64,000 nt of DNA, taken from NCBI GenBank assembly GCA_951406725.2, contig OX597816.1:82398001-82462000 (forward strand), in the 5' to 3' direction. Below, piece after piece: positions 39,682-52,399 of this stretch; the stretch's first letter is position 1, and the number at the start of each line of letters is the position of its first letter. The translations under genes were made by a program, and so were the position numbers. The stretch is from Octopus vulgaris. Taxonomy: Eukaryota. Under the pieces are notes generated by a model that was not told the DNA's origin, made no database searches, and was given only the letters and a program-made list of their open reading frames with translations.

Positions 39682-42450
39682 TGATGAAAGTCAACTCAGA
39701 ACAAATATTTTTATGTCAACTGATTCACAACTCATTAGAGACGTACTTCAGCTTAAGGTAAATAATATATTTACTAAAGAATGAGGAAGAGTAGACAGTA
39801 AAAATTCAATTCTAAATTCATAAGGATATTATTTGAAGAAGTAAAAGCATTGTATGCACAAACACACACTCTCACTCGTGTGTGCGCAAGAAGGAGATTA
39901 GTGGGTGGGGGGGGGCTTAAAAATTGGAGGAATAAGAAAATATTTTATGATATACACACTATATAAATTATGATAAAGTTCTCAGAGATAAGTCACTTAG
40001 AGCTCATCAAAGAGCTCCACAGATCCTGGATTAACTGTCATTCTCAGCTGTAAGTTCCCCAGTTAACATGTGCATGCTGAGACTCATGAGATCACACTCA
40101 CCACCCAATCAACCTTTCAACTAATTTACCAACAGGCAGCATTTCCAAATAAAAGTAGAGAAAATGAATGAGGGATCAGTTGAAGACAAAAATGTCTATC
40201 AATCCTTTCCGTCACATTCACTACACAGCCTCTTTCACCATAACCACTAAAAGAAAATTACCTGCTTTTCCTGGACAAAAGAAGGCAGCTGCAATATTAT
40301 CTTCATGATTTTACGTGCAAGTATTTATCAAAACTCAAGTAAATAATACTGAACAAGCATATATTGAATGGTCTTGGCACTGTACACATCATGGAGGGTC
40401 AAACTGGTGGCACAACCATACCTGTATAATTTATGCTATACTGGTATCAATGTCAGATCAGGGATTTCTGGAAGATAACCAAATATATGCCCAAGATTCC
40501 ACAGGTTTACACTTTCACTACCATACTACTGCCAAGTACCAACTTCTTTGCTACATTAACACTTTAGCCAAATTATAACTTTGCTCTTGACAACACCTCA
40601 GCTGTTACTGAGTTTTGCAGGACTTTGTTCCTTCTGTTGAGTGCCAATGTAGGCCACTGGGGTGCCATTTCCAGACCATCATTCATCCTAAATAATTGAG
40701 CAAATCCTCAACAAAAATATACATTAGATCATGCTTTATCAATTGTATAGGGATTGGTATGATGTAGGGAAAGTTATGACAAAGTGTATCTACATACAAG
40801 TTGACTGAGTATGCTAATGTTACTACTTCCACTATTTTTTGTTGTTTAGCCTGAGATTGAGCAGAACTATAAGCAAAGGTACTCTAACTATATCTATCTT
40901 GCAATTTTAATAGCATGTATAGGACTAAAGTGTTCAATGTGTCCTTTCCACTTAAGAAAATAAGTTGGAGATTTTTAGGATAAGCATGGGGAGTACAAAG
41001 AGTAAAAAATCTTGTTATTTTTTAATTTACATGTAAAAACAAAATCATTATCACAATAGATGGGTTTGCAATGTTTTTATATTTCAATGGAAGAAGGGAG
41101 TGCTGAAGAATTTCTTTTGTTTTTTTTACTTAAGATTTTCTACAGTTATGAGAAAGTCTAGAAAGAAATGTTTATGGTGAAATGACAGTGTTGTTAATAA
41201 ATAAAATGTATGGATACCACCATATACTACTCAACTACTAAATTTTACAACAGAACCCACAATGCAAAATAAAATCATATAAAGCATATAAATCATTATA
41301 TCTCCTCAAAATACTTTGGAAATTTTTTTTTCAAATGTCCAACTTCTCAACCCCAAGGTTTGGGGTTCATTCATGGCACCTGTAACTCTGGGTTGACCAA
41401 AGCCTTGTGTTTGATAGACAGAAACTGAAAGGACTCTTCATGTGTGTGCATCTTTCTTTTAATGTGTAATACTTGTAAATGAATGTTACTGTTATACAGT
41501 GTTGTTGATTTCCAATATTCTGCAACATCATATCTGCCATGGAGAAATATTAACTTAGTTGGAAACAGGTGAGACTTGGTAACAGGAAGGCCATCTTGCT
41601 GTAGAAAATCTGACTCAAACTCCATCTAGTTCATGCAAGCATAGAAAAGTCGACACTAGAATTATGATAATATACACACACCTTCATCAGGAACATAAAT
41701 ATTAATCTTTACACATAACGCAAATCTTATATTGATTTTTTTAAAACAAGGCTAATGAGATACATGTGTTTTAATCAGGCCAGGATCAGGTGGATTAGAA
41801 TTCAATGCCAATGTAAGGTTCTGAGTTTGACATTTGATTTTATAGATATAAATGTCAGCATTTTACCTCCTATTCTATGTTAAACATATCTGTTGTACAG
41901 CATATGAGAAATCATTTTAGTCTTTCTCAGTTAAGTCCTTATCTTGAGATCTGACCTCATCATTTCTTCCAACACAGTCTCTAGTCATCCTCTAATGTTG
42001 GCATATGGCACTTTTTTGTTCAGTACTCATCATCTGCAGCCAATTCAATAACTCCCTTGCACACTTCAGTTGACATGTTTAGTTGGTTCCACATCTAGCT
42101 CATTTATGCTCTGCCACTTATGCAGATTAACATTACACTGCTAATGGATCAAACTTAGGTCATTGCTCTCCAGCCTTTTTGTAGATCTTCCCATCTAATG
42201 CTTTATATCTCATTACCAAGTGGCATCATATATCTTAGCCATACTTGATATAGTCTGTTCTTGCATGTAGATAGAAATTCTACCACTAAAAGGGATAATA
42301 AATTGCTAAACTTTCATTTTTTCATACTCTAGCTATATTTTCACTACAACAGCCAAATATTAATTATATCATCTAGCTAATGCAAACTATCTAAACCATA
42401 TCAATAGTTTGGAACATTTTCTGCAACTCAGAGATTTTGCTCTAAAACCT

Positions 42451-42502
42451 GGCCACTAGTGTATATAAATCATATTGGCCACTAGTGCATATAAATCATA
42501 TT
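42451..42502. repeat. 26-bp tandem duplication (1 mismatch)
   Basis: ggccactagtg(t/c)atataaatcatatt x2. Confidence 0.92.
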
Positions 42503-43660
42503 AACAATATTATGATATAAAATTATATTATACTATGAATACAACCTAAAAACGTAAATAACTATAATGTAAACTGCATACCTACTCATACTATATAGAC
42601 ATCTTTGGATATAAGTGATATCTAACTAGACATGCAGAAATTAGCTGAGCAAAACTTTTCCAAAACTGAACTTAGCATTACCAAACTAACAAAATACTAA
42701 TTAATTTTCTTGTGCTCCAACAGCTTACATCAGCAATAATGAATAATGTTGATGGTAGATTTTTTTTTCTTAAATATAAATGTAAAATGTGTTTGGATTA
42801 CTTTTCCCAACAGACAATCTTGATTTTTATCCTCTAGTAAACTAAATCAATTATATCTAAAATTGGTTCATACATTTTACTGTTTTCAATCATATTTGTA
42901 TCTTTGTGCCTGTTTCCTCTTTGTGGCAGAGTTTGAACCCTGATGCAGAATACAAATAATTACAGTGAAAGAGTGAACAAAACTAATCAATGACGAAAAA
43001 GAATTTAAAAAGTGACAAAAATAATCACTTTCTGAATGCCTTAAGTAGGTGGAAACATACAGATAATTTTTGCAATAGTTACTTCAAAAGTGGAATTTTC
43101 TATTGGAAAGTGAGAGTACTATCATGATACATATAAAGTGAGTGGGATACAGGTAGCAAGTCGCTTCAAGCAAGAGTCAGTGAAATTAGTTGGAATAAGA
43201 AGAGAACAGATATATTCAAGATGTGGGTAGAGGTATTCAGTAAGTGGTTTAGCATGACACAAGTATTGGCTTAGATCCTTATGGGAATCAGAACAATGTT
43301 TTTGCTTTGTTTTGAAAACAACCCCTTGGATACAACCATAACCTAGATTTTTGCCAAGAGGTAACTAAAAAGGTTATTGCTGCAAACAAGTGCCAACTAT
43401 CTACTGACAATGGAAGAAGGGTTAAAAGTAAACACATCATACACATGAAGAACATTCTGACATAATCCTATTGAGTGTAAGTGAATGCAGATTAGTTCAG
43501 TAAATCCCACAGGCTAGTAACCATTAACAACGATAGCAGAAATAATCCAGTGAAAGATATGGACACGAACTTCAAGAGCAGGGAAGAGATGAAATAATTA
43601 TTTCAACTGCTCTCGATCACTTCAAATTAAGAACATTATATCTATTGTCTATCTATTAAC

Positions 43661-44060
43661 ATGCACACACATTATACATATATATAAATATGTAATATAC
43701 ATATATATACACACATATATATACATACACATATATACATACACATATATACATACACATATATACATACACATATATACATACACATATATACATACAC
43801 ATATATACATACACATATATATACATACACATATATATACATACACATATATATACATACACATATATATACATACACATATATACATACACATATATAT
43901 ACATACACATATATATACATACACATATATATACATACACATATATATACATACATATATATACACATATATATACATACATATATACATACATATATAC
44001 ATACCTATATGCACATATATATACATACATATATACATACATATATACATACCTATATGC

Positions 44061-44091
<31 letters not shown>

Positions 44092-44426
44092 TACATACAC
44101 ATATATACATACATATGCACATATATATATGCACACACATACACATACATATATGTATATATATATATGCACACACATAAACATACACATACATATACAT
44201 ATATGTATATATATATATATATATACATATATATATACATAGATATGTACATATATGTACATATATACACACACATATATATATATACACACATATATAT
44301 CTATATACACATATATATATATACATACATATATATCTATATACACATATATATCTATATACACATATATATATACACATATATATATACACATATATAT
44401 ATACACATATATATATCTATATACAC

Positions 44427-44474
<48 letters not shown>

Positions 44475-44537
44475 CTATATACACATATATATATATATAC
44501 ATATATATATATACATATACATATATATATATACATA

Positions 44538-44568
<31 letters not shown>

Positions 44569-44827
44569 ATACACACACACACATATATATACACACACAC
44601 ACATATATATACACACATATATATACATACATATATACACATATATACACACACATATATATATACACACATATACACACACATATATATATACACACAT
44701 ATATATACACACATATATATACGCACATATATTCACACATATATTCACACATACATGTATATATACACATATCTACATACAAACACATATACAAACACAT
44801 AAACACATACATATACACACTCATAAG

Positions 44828-44873
<46 letters not shown>

Positions 44874-44975
44874 CATAGATATGTATACACATATGTACAT
44901 ATATATACGCATACACACATATATATATATACACACACACATATATATATATACACATATATATACATACATATG
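43661..44975. repeat. 1.3-kb compound (TA)/(CA)/(TACA) microsatellite with 14-16-bp higher-order units
   Basis: Direct; source of the Y/I/H/T/M/C/V-rich ORFs. Confidence 0.98.
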
Positions 44976-46756
44976 TGTAAGTGATCAAAATAAGCAAATG
45001 AAATAAGCAAATAAACAAGTAAATAAATAAAAATAAATGATTAAGAATGAGTGAACAAATACTAAACTCTTACAGCTGTTTCTACTATGGGGTTGCTCAA
45101 CCTGTCATGTTTTCCACATCATGCCAGTAATATAGCGGGATTGTACAAAGGTTGAACAAACATTGGACAGGGGTTGGACAATGATTGAACTCCAAAGCTT
45201 CAGAGAGACCATAATGTTAGGAAATTAACATGTGAGGAAGATAAAATTATAAAATAAAATAAGAACAATAGAAATAGTAAGGATTGGTGAAAACGTCAAT
45301 TCCAATGAGATATCCATAAGCCGTGGGATTACATCTTACGGTAAATAAAGTCTCTTCCAAGAGTAATTTCTACAGGTTGAGTTACATCATATTTCAATTC
45401 TACTGGGGGGAAATAGCAAGGGTAAGACATTGTGGAGTGAGTTTAATGGGATGGTCCATACCACAGGTGTCAAAAGTTAGAGACTAAGTGCTCATTAATA
45501 GAGCATCATAAAAGGAATTAACTTGCTTGGGGAAATCAATACATGAATATATCAATGAAAGAAAAATTTGGGTAAAACCTTAGTGCAATGTTATTACTTG
45601 TTACTTATTAACAAAAACCTCATCCCAATACCCCTATGAATAGTAGGGTGAGGCCAAAGTTAATCCTACAACTTAATTGGTCTGCTAAATTTGAAAACAA
45701 TGGTGTTATTCAGGTCCATTAAATCTATCAATAAAATACAAGTAAATACAAAAAAAATAAAATATTTAAGGAATGAATTTCTAAGGGGCCTTAATGAATG
45801 GGTGATGAATAGTCCTTACAGTTATGGATACAGTATTTTTTATGAATATATCTGAGATATATATCAAATTAATAAGTAAATGTCTGAACGAGAAAAATAA
45901 AGGATGAAGCAATTAGTGGAAGAATAAACACCGATGGAATTTATCAGAGGGAGATAGCCGATTAGGACATTATCGTATTAAAATACAGAGAGAAATTATG
46001 CACTAAAGTAAGATTTAGGAAATGTTATTCTGTTATGGATAGATCTAAGTTATAATTTCAAATTTGCAAGTAGTTGCCTGAAATAGAAGAGCAAAGGTGA
46101 AAATGAATAAATGAAAATATTTTCAGACTTACAGGACTACAATTAAAGGTGGTTAACTGCATATTGCGTTTCAATGTTGGGGTGCAGAGAGATATTTAGA
46201 CACTTCAAATAAGGTTGAGGTTATTTTCAATTATAGAGAGAAACAGAAAGTATTAATGTTAGGATAGAGATAGAACTTAGAGATGATACTGGACCTTATG
46301 TGGTATTATAATTGCATCAGATTGTGTGTGTGTGTTATAAAATTGTAAACTTATTTATTAATTACAATTACAATGGGAGTTATTCAGGCTAAGGTGGAGA
46401 TGAAGGGATAGAGATATAGGTTATATTGTCATAAGATGTATTTGAATCCACATAGATATACAAATACTGATAGGTATATGGATCAAGACTCACAGATAAA
46501 TTCTTAAAAATAAGTGCTTAAAAATAAATGCTTAGAAATATATGGAGTAATATCCCAAGGAAAAACTGGCGTAATTAAATATATATATATATTACTACAC
46601 TCTTGGAGTGCTTGGCGTTAGAAATGGCATCCAGCTGTAGAAACTCTGCCAGATCAAATTGGAGCCTGGCGCAGCCATCTGGTTCACCAGTCCTCAGTCA
46701 AATCATCCAACCCATGCTAGCATGGAAAGTGGACATTAAGCGATGATGATGATTAT

Positions 46757-46791
<35 letters not shown>

Positions 46792-47010
46792 TAGTTAGAT
46801 ATATATTTATTTATAAACAAGATAATACATGGAGTATACAGAGAATGTTGTCTCACACATATATTAGAAAAAAATGGCAATCAATATATAGTGCTCAGAT
46901 TAAGATAAAATTAGTAGAAACAGCTGTAAGAGTTCAGTATTTGTTCACTCATTTATTCTTATTTACTTATTTTTATCTATTTATTTGTTTATTTTTATAC
47001 TTGACCACCT
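44975..47010 (-). mobile_element. Putative Penelope-like remnant bounded by inverted repeats with hammerhead 3' half
   Basis: 45046-45087 and 46912-46953 are 41/42 inverted-identical and contain GAAACAGCTGTA. The interior is decayed and includes a LINE tail at ~46590-46755. Confidence 0.5.
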
Positions 47011-48110
47011 CATCCTATGCCTTCCTGAATCTACCTCTACCCCAGATTCCTTCAACAGTTTGGGAGTGGCACTTCACACATCTCTCCTCATCCATCTGCA
47101 GTACATGACCATACCAACACAAACGTCTCTCCAGATATGCCACATGCAATGCTTCTTATGTCCAACATTACTCTCAGGGCGCTTACACTCTACCGTGTGT
47201 GCACACTGACATTACACATCCAGTGGATCATGCTAGCTTCATTTCTTTTGAGCCTACGCATGTCCTCTGCAGTCACGGTCCATGTTTCACTGCCGTGAAG
47301 CATGGCGGTTCACACACATGCGTCATACAATCTACCTTTCACTCTGAGCGAGAGACCCTTTGCCACCAGTAGGGGGAGAAGCTTTCTAAACTTTGCTCAG
47401 GCTATTCTTATTCTAGTGGTAACACTCTGAGCATCCACTCTCACTACTAATTTGATCACCTAGGTAGCAGAAGCTATCAACTACATCTAGTTTCTCCCCT
47501 GGAGTATGATGGAATCTGTTTTCTGAGTATCTGTGGTGTTATTGCTCCATGCATCTGCCACACATGAAAGCTATCTTCTCAGTTAATTCTCCTTTGATGT
47601 TGCTGCACCTGTTATGTGTCCATATTGTGGAGTTTCTACCTACACCTTTTCTATAGATCGAGCAGGGCCACCTATCTGAAGAGGTGTGTGATGATTGTGT
47701 CTTCCTACTTACTAGAACTTTGGTCTTTGCTACATTGATTCTAAGGCCTTTTGGTTTTGAACCTAGCATCCACACCAGAAATTTGTTTTCTAGTTCCGGT
47801 AGTGATTCTGCTATGAGGGCCAGGTCATCAGCATAGAGGAGCTCCCAGGAGCAACCTGTCTTGAATTCCTCTGTTATTGCCTGGAGGACTATGATGAATA
47901 AAAGAGGACTGAGGGCTGAACATTGGTGGACCACTACTTCTACTAGGAATTCTTCACTATACTCATTGCCAATTCTAACCTTACTAACGGCCTCTCAGTA
48001 AATGTCCTATACAGCCCTTATTAACCATTTGTCAATCTCTAGTTTCCACATCACCCACCAGATATGGGATTGGGGGACCCTGTCAAAGGCTTTCACCAAG
48101 TCCACAAAAG
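47003..48110 (-). mobile_element. RTE-type LINE fragment: RT domain to near C-terminus
   Basis: ORF 47539-47934: VHQCSALSPLLF (GVxQGSxLSP), LLYADDL, INVAKTKVL, then a Cys/His-rich insert. Confidence 0.93.
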
Positions 48111-48116
48111 TTAAGA

Positions 48117-48150
<34 letters not shown>

Positions 48151-48204
48151 TATATATGTGTGTATATATATATATATATATAGTTTGTATGTTTATATAT
48201 ATAT

Positions 48205-48590
48205 GGATGGAAGCACTCCGTCGATTACAACGACGAGGGTTCCGGTTGATCCCATCAACAGAACAGCCTGCTCATGAAATTAATGTGTAAGTGGCTGAGC
48301 ACTCCACAGACACGTGTACCCTTAACGTAGTTCTCGGGGATATTCAGCGTGACACAGAGAGTGACATGGCCGGCCCTTTGAAATACAGGTACAACAGAAA
48401 CAGGAAGTAAGAGTGAGAGAAAGTTGTGGTGAAAGAGCACAGCAGGGATCACCACCATCCCTGCCGGAGCCTCGTGGAGCTTTAGGTGTTTTCGCTCAAT
48501 AAACACTCAAAACGCACGGTCTGGGAATCGAAACCGTGATCCTGTGACCGCGAGTCCGCTGCCCTAACCACTGGGTCATTGCACCTCCAC
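48205..48590 (-). mobile_element. Well-preserved tRNA-derived SINE (family B)
   Basis: Reverse-strand A box TGACCCAGTGG and B box GGTTTCGATTCCC; CpG-rich body. Confidence 0.88.
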
Positions 48591-48830
48591 AAGGGAGAAG
48601 CCCTTTGTCACGAGCAGATGTAGGAGCTCTCTGAATTTTGCCCATGGCATTCTTATTCTAGCAGCTACACTCTCAGAGCAACCACCCCCCGCTACTGACT
48701 TGGTCACCTGGGTAATGTAAGCTATCAACTACTTGTAGTTTATCCCCCTGGAATGTGATGGAAGCTGTTTTCTGCACATTTTCAGTATTTATTGCTCCTG
48801 AGCATTTGCCACACACAAAAACTATCTTAG
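48591..48830 (-). mobile_element. Second RTE-type LINE fragment
   Basis: KIVFVCGKCSGAINTE…GDKLQVVDSLHYPGDQVSSGG is paralogous to 47350-47580. Confidence 0.85.
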
Positions 48831-50721
48831 AAAAGGAATTTTTAATTCCTATTTCTAAATTTGGTATGTGGGGAAGCAATTAGCCAACCCCTAATTAGAA
48901 TTATGTTTATAATTATAGAATATTTATATAAATGTGTGTGTTTGTGTGTGAGTGTGAGAGAGAGAGAGATACTGCTTTAAGAGTAGCAAATTAGTAAAAA
49001 TGTCTTTCCAATGTTTACTTTCATCCCTCTATATTCTAAAAAGAAATCATATCATCAGGGTTGGCATTGGCTTTTGTTCCTTCAGAGTCAATAAAAAAAA
49101 TAATAAACCTGTATTATGCCGAGACTGATTCAATCAACTATAAACCTTCTTACAAAAACTGACTTTGCACATATAGCCCAAACTAAATTATTATTTACTA
49201 CCGTTAGATAGAAAATTAACAGACAAGATGCTTCACAATTAAAGGTTGCTACATCACATTTTGAGCTGAGATGATATCAGTATCAACAATAATAATAATA
49301 ATATATTTTATTATACTGTTAAGTTGTTAGCATTAGGAAAGGCATCTAGCTGTTGAAATTACACCAAAGCAGACATAGAACCTATTGAAGCCCTCTAGTT
49401 TGTCTGTTCTTGTCAAACCACCTTACCCTTGTCAACATGTAAGAAGGGACATTACTAAAATTTTTACTACATTAAAATAATCATCACACTCATTCTTGAT
49501 ATTGGAGGGGGGGAAAATCAATGTGAAACAATCAAACACACACACATGCAAGAGATGTTAAAGAAAAAGAAAAACATTTTTAATCTAAATCTTACTCTAT
49601 AGGGCAGAGTGTTCCTTATTGTCATCATACATGTTAATATTGATCATCTATCTCATCATTTCAAGGAAATAGTATAAGAAGAATTTTTTAAAAAAAAGAC
49701 TTTAGAACAGACTAAGTAGATGCACACCATGCACAGATAGATGAATGTAGATAGTTTGTCATTTTTTTTTCTTCTCTAAAATAATTGACTAGCAGGAAGT
49801 TAAGAAACATGGATAACAGGCACACATATAGAGAAGAGAATGAGCCAAGAAATAGGAAGGAAAAAGAAGCCATGTTCATCATATGAGCAGGTTATTATTA
49901 ACTATGTATACTATCTGCCAGTCTGGCAATCTAAGCAAGATTTCAGTACTGGCTGAAAAGCTGAAGAAGTAATAGAGACACTAACAAGAATGTGAAAATA
50001 CCAACCACACTGCTTACCTGAACATTCAGGCTATCTTTGGAAGAGATAGATCACTTTGCTTTAGATTCTTCAGTTGAAATGTAGAAATCTTAAGTTAACA
50101 CTTAACATTTTAATTGTTCATAATAATATGAAAAAAAAATAATTTAGACCTTTGCTAAACCAATAAACTATAATGGTTTAACATTTGCAATCACGCACGC
50201 ATGCACACACACACATACACTCAAATTTTCAAGTTGGAAAAGACAATGTGGAGAAAATTTAAATTAGCCTTTAAAATATAATATTCTCAAAATCATTGAG
50301 ATGATTTTCTAAAACTGCAAAGGTCTTGGAATATTTTCTTAAGAGAATAGGTGGTGGTGCTGTGGAGGGGAGAAGGGGAGGAAGAGCTGAATATCAATAG
50401 ACTCAAATTTTCTAATCTAATTTATTGAAAATAAATTGCGATCTAATTACAAAGAATACATAGTGCATTGTTCACTGAAAGGATCATAAATTTCTCTGAT
50501 GTACATGCATTTGTATTTAAATAACTAATGAGAATTAAGTAAGAGTTTAATTTACAAGAATAAAATAATTTGAAGCAGATAAATCCATCAGTCTATGCAA
50601 AGTTTACCAGTTTGCTATGGATTTGTATCTAAAGAATTCAATGTTTAAACTACTAGTTGTACACTTAGTATATGAGTATTGTTGATAATGATCATGTGCA
50701 TGCACGCACACGCACAGAGGA

Positions 50722-50940
50722 AGTACATGGTTTATTGGTTACTCCTGATCACAAGATTGTGGTTTTTGATTCCTGAACTGAGCAATGTGTTGTGTTCTTA
50801 AGTTAAATACTTCATGCTGCTCCAGTCCATGCAGTTAGCAAAAATTAGTAACCCTGCAGTAGACTGGTGTGCTGTCCAGGCAGGAATTTATATGCCAGAG
50901 AAACTGGAAACCAGCCTTATGAGTCTATGAGATTCAAGAA
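50722..50940 (+). mobile_element. Decayed SINE sharing head with 32807-33122
   Basis: gtgttgtgttcttaagttaaatact…tgctccagtccatgcagttagcaaaaat. Confidence 0.6.
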
Positions 50941-51422
50941 GGAGCATTATCATGTTCAATACTTCAGCAATGTTTATAAACAATCCTATGAATCAATAAA
51001 TGTGCCACTATCACCTACCAAAATCAGCAGCCAAATTTCCTTCAAACTTTCTTAAACTTTAACATTTTCAATGCCCTATTTCAAACAAAATACAATGATC
51101 TTGTGTTGCAATATTAATTTTTAAAATAGTGAATGGTCTTAACATATTTAGTAAAATAATTTGTTTAATTTAGTATTTGGGATGTAACTAAGCAAAAAGT
51201 TCTTACATAAAAGTATGATGAGGCCTTAAATATGAACTCATAAAATGAGAGGTTTTTGTATCATAAACAGTGCGGTGATCTGAAATGAGTTAATATTAAG
51301 TTAAAAGAATGATAGTGTAGCACTGAATACCTTATAATAGGAAAAAAATTGAGACAGCCATAACCTACAAAATAAACAGAAAAGAATGTTGAAAGGTAGA
51401 GGCACTCCAATGTATAAATATA

Positions 51423-51772
51423 AGTGCAAATGTGGCTGTATGGTTAAGAAGCTTGCTTGCCAAGCACATGGTCTTGGGTTCAGTCCTGTCTTCTACAATA
51501 GCATTAGGCCAATCAAAGCCTTCTGAGTGGATTTGTTAAATAGATACAGAGAGAGAGCATGTGTGTCCCTGTTTTCACATTGTATGATAGTGGTAAATGA
51601 GCACCACAGCATACAGTGATGTTTGTTTCCAGTCTTTTGTTAAAAAGGTCTGGAAACAGATGAGAGTTGCCAACAAGAAAGGCATCAGACCATAAAAAAT
51701 TTGCCTCTACAAATTCTGTCTGACCCATGCAATCATGAGAAAGTGGGCATTAAATGATAATGGTGATGATGA
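51423..51772 (+). mobile_element. SINE family A head with RTE-like 3' tail
   Basis: gtggctgtatggttaagaagcttgctt…gggttcagtcc; ends gacccatgcaatcatgagaaagtgggcattaaatgat…gatgatga. Confidence 0.8.
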
Positions 51773-52399
51773 AATAGACAACAGAAAGCACTAAAATCTC
51801 AAATATACCAAATCACAACAAATGAAACAGACAATCAGAAATGCTAGTATTATCTTCCTTAAGGACTCCAGTGCCAAAATAATCTTACTATATACATAGT
51901 ACTACAAGAATACAAAACACACCAAAAGCAAAACACTACACACAAAATACACATCACTCAAGATAAACAATTTTATGAAGCAGCACATAACAGTAGCACA
52001 TGAGAAAGATAAACAAATTGCTTACAAATGCCAACACTCTAAAAATGAAATCTTCTGTAATATTCATACTGTAACAATTGAAGAAACAAAATAACACAAG
52101 ATTCATCAAATCCCAGATTACACCACAATAAAATAAGACAAATGAACAACTTCCAAGACATCATCATCATTTAACATCTGTTTTCTATGCTGGCATGAAT
52201 TGGACAATTCGTTAGGATCCAATGAGCAGCAGGGCTGTATTGAGCCTCAATGTCAGCTTTGACATGGCTTCTACAATGGGATGTCCTTCCTAACCAATAA
52301 TTTACTGTGTATACTGGGTGTGACCAGTATATACCAAAAATTACTCTAATAGGACATGGCAACAGTTGGATAAAAAACTGCAACATGAAATCCCATAAA

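Noticed and set aside
43649-45018. ORFs up to 247 aa
   Set aside because: Microsatellite read-through.
48500-48590. tRNA-like A/B boxes
   Set aside because: SINE head continuous with the SINE body; no complete cloverleaf seen.
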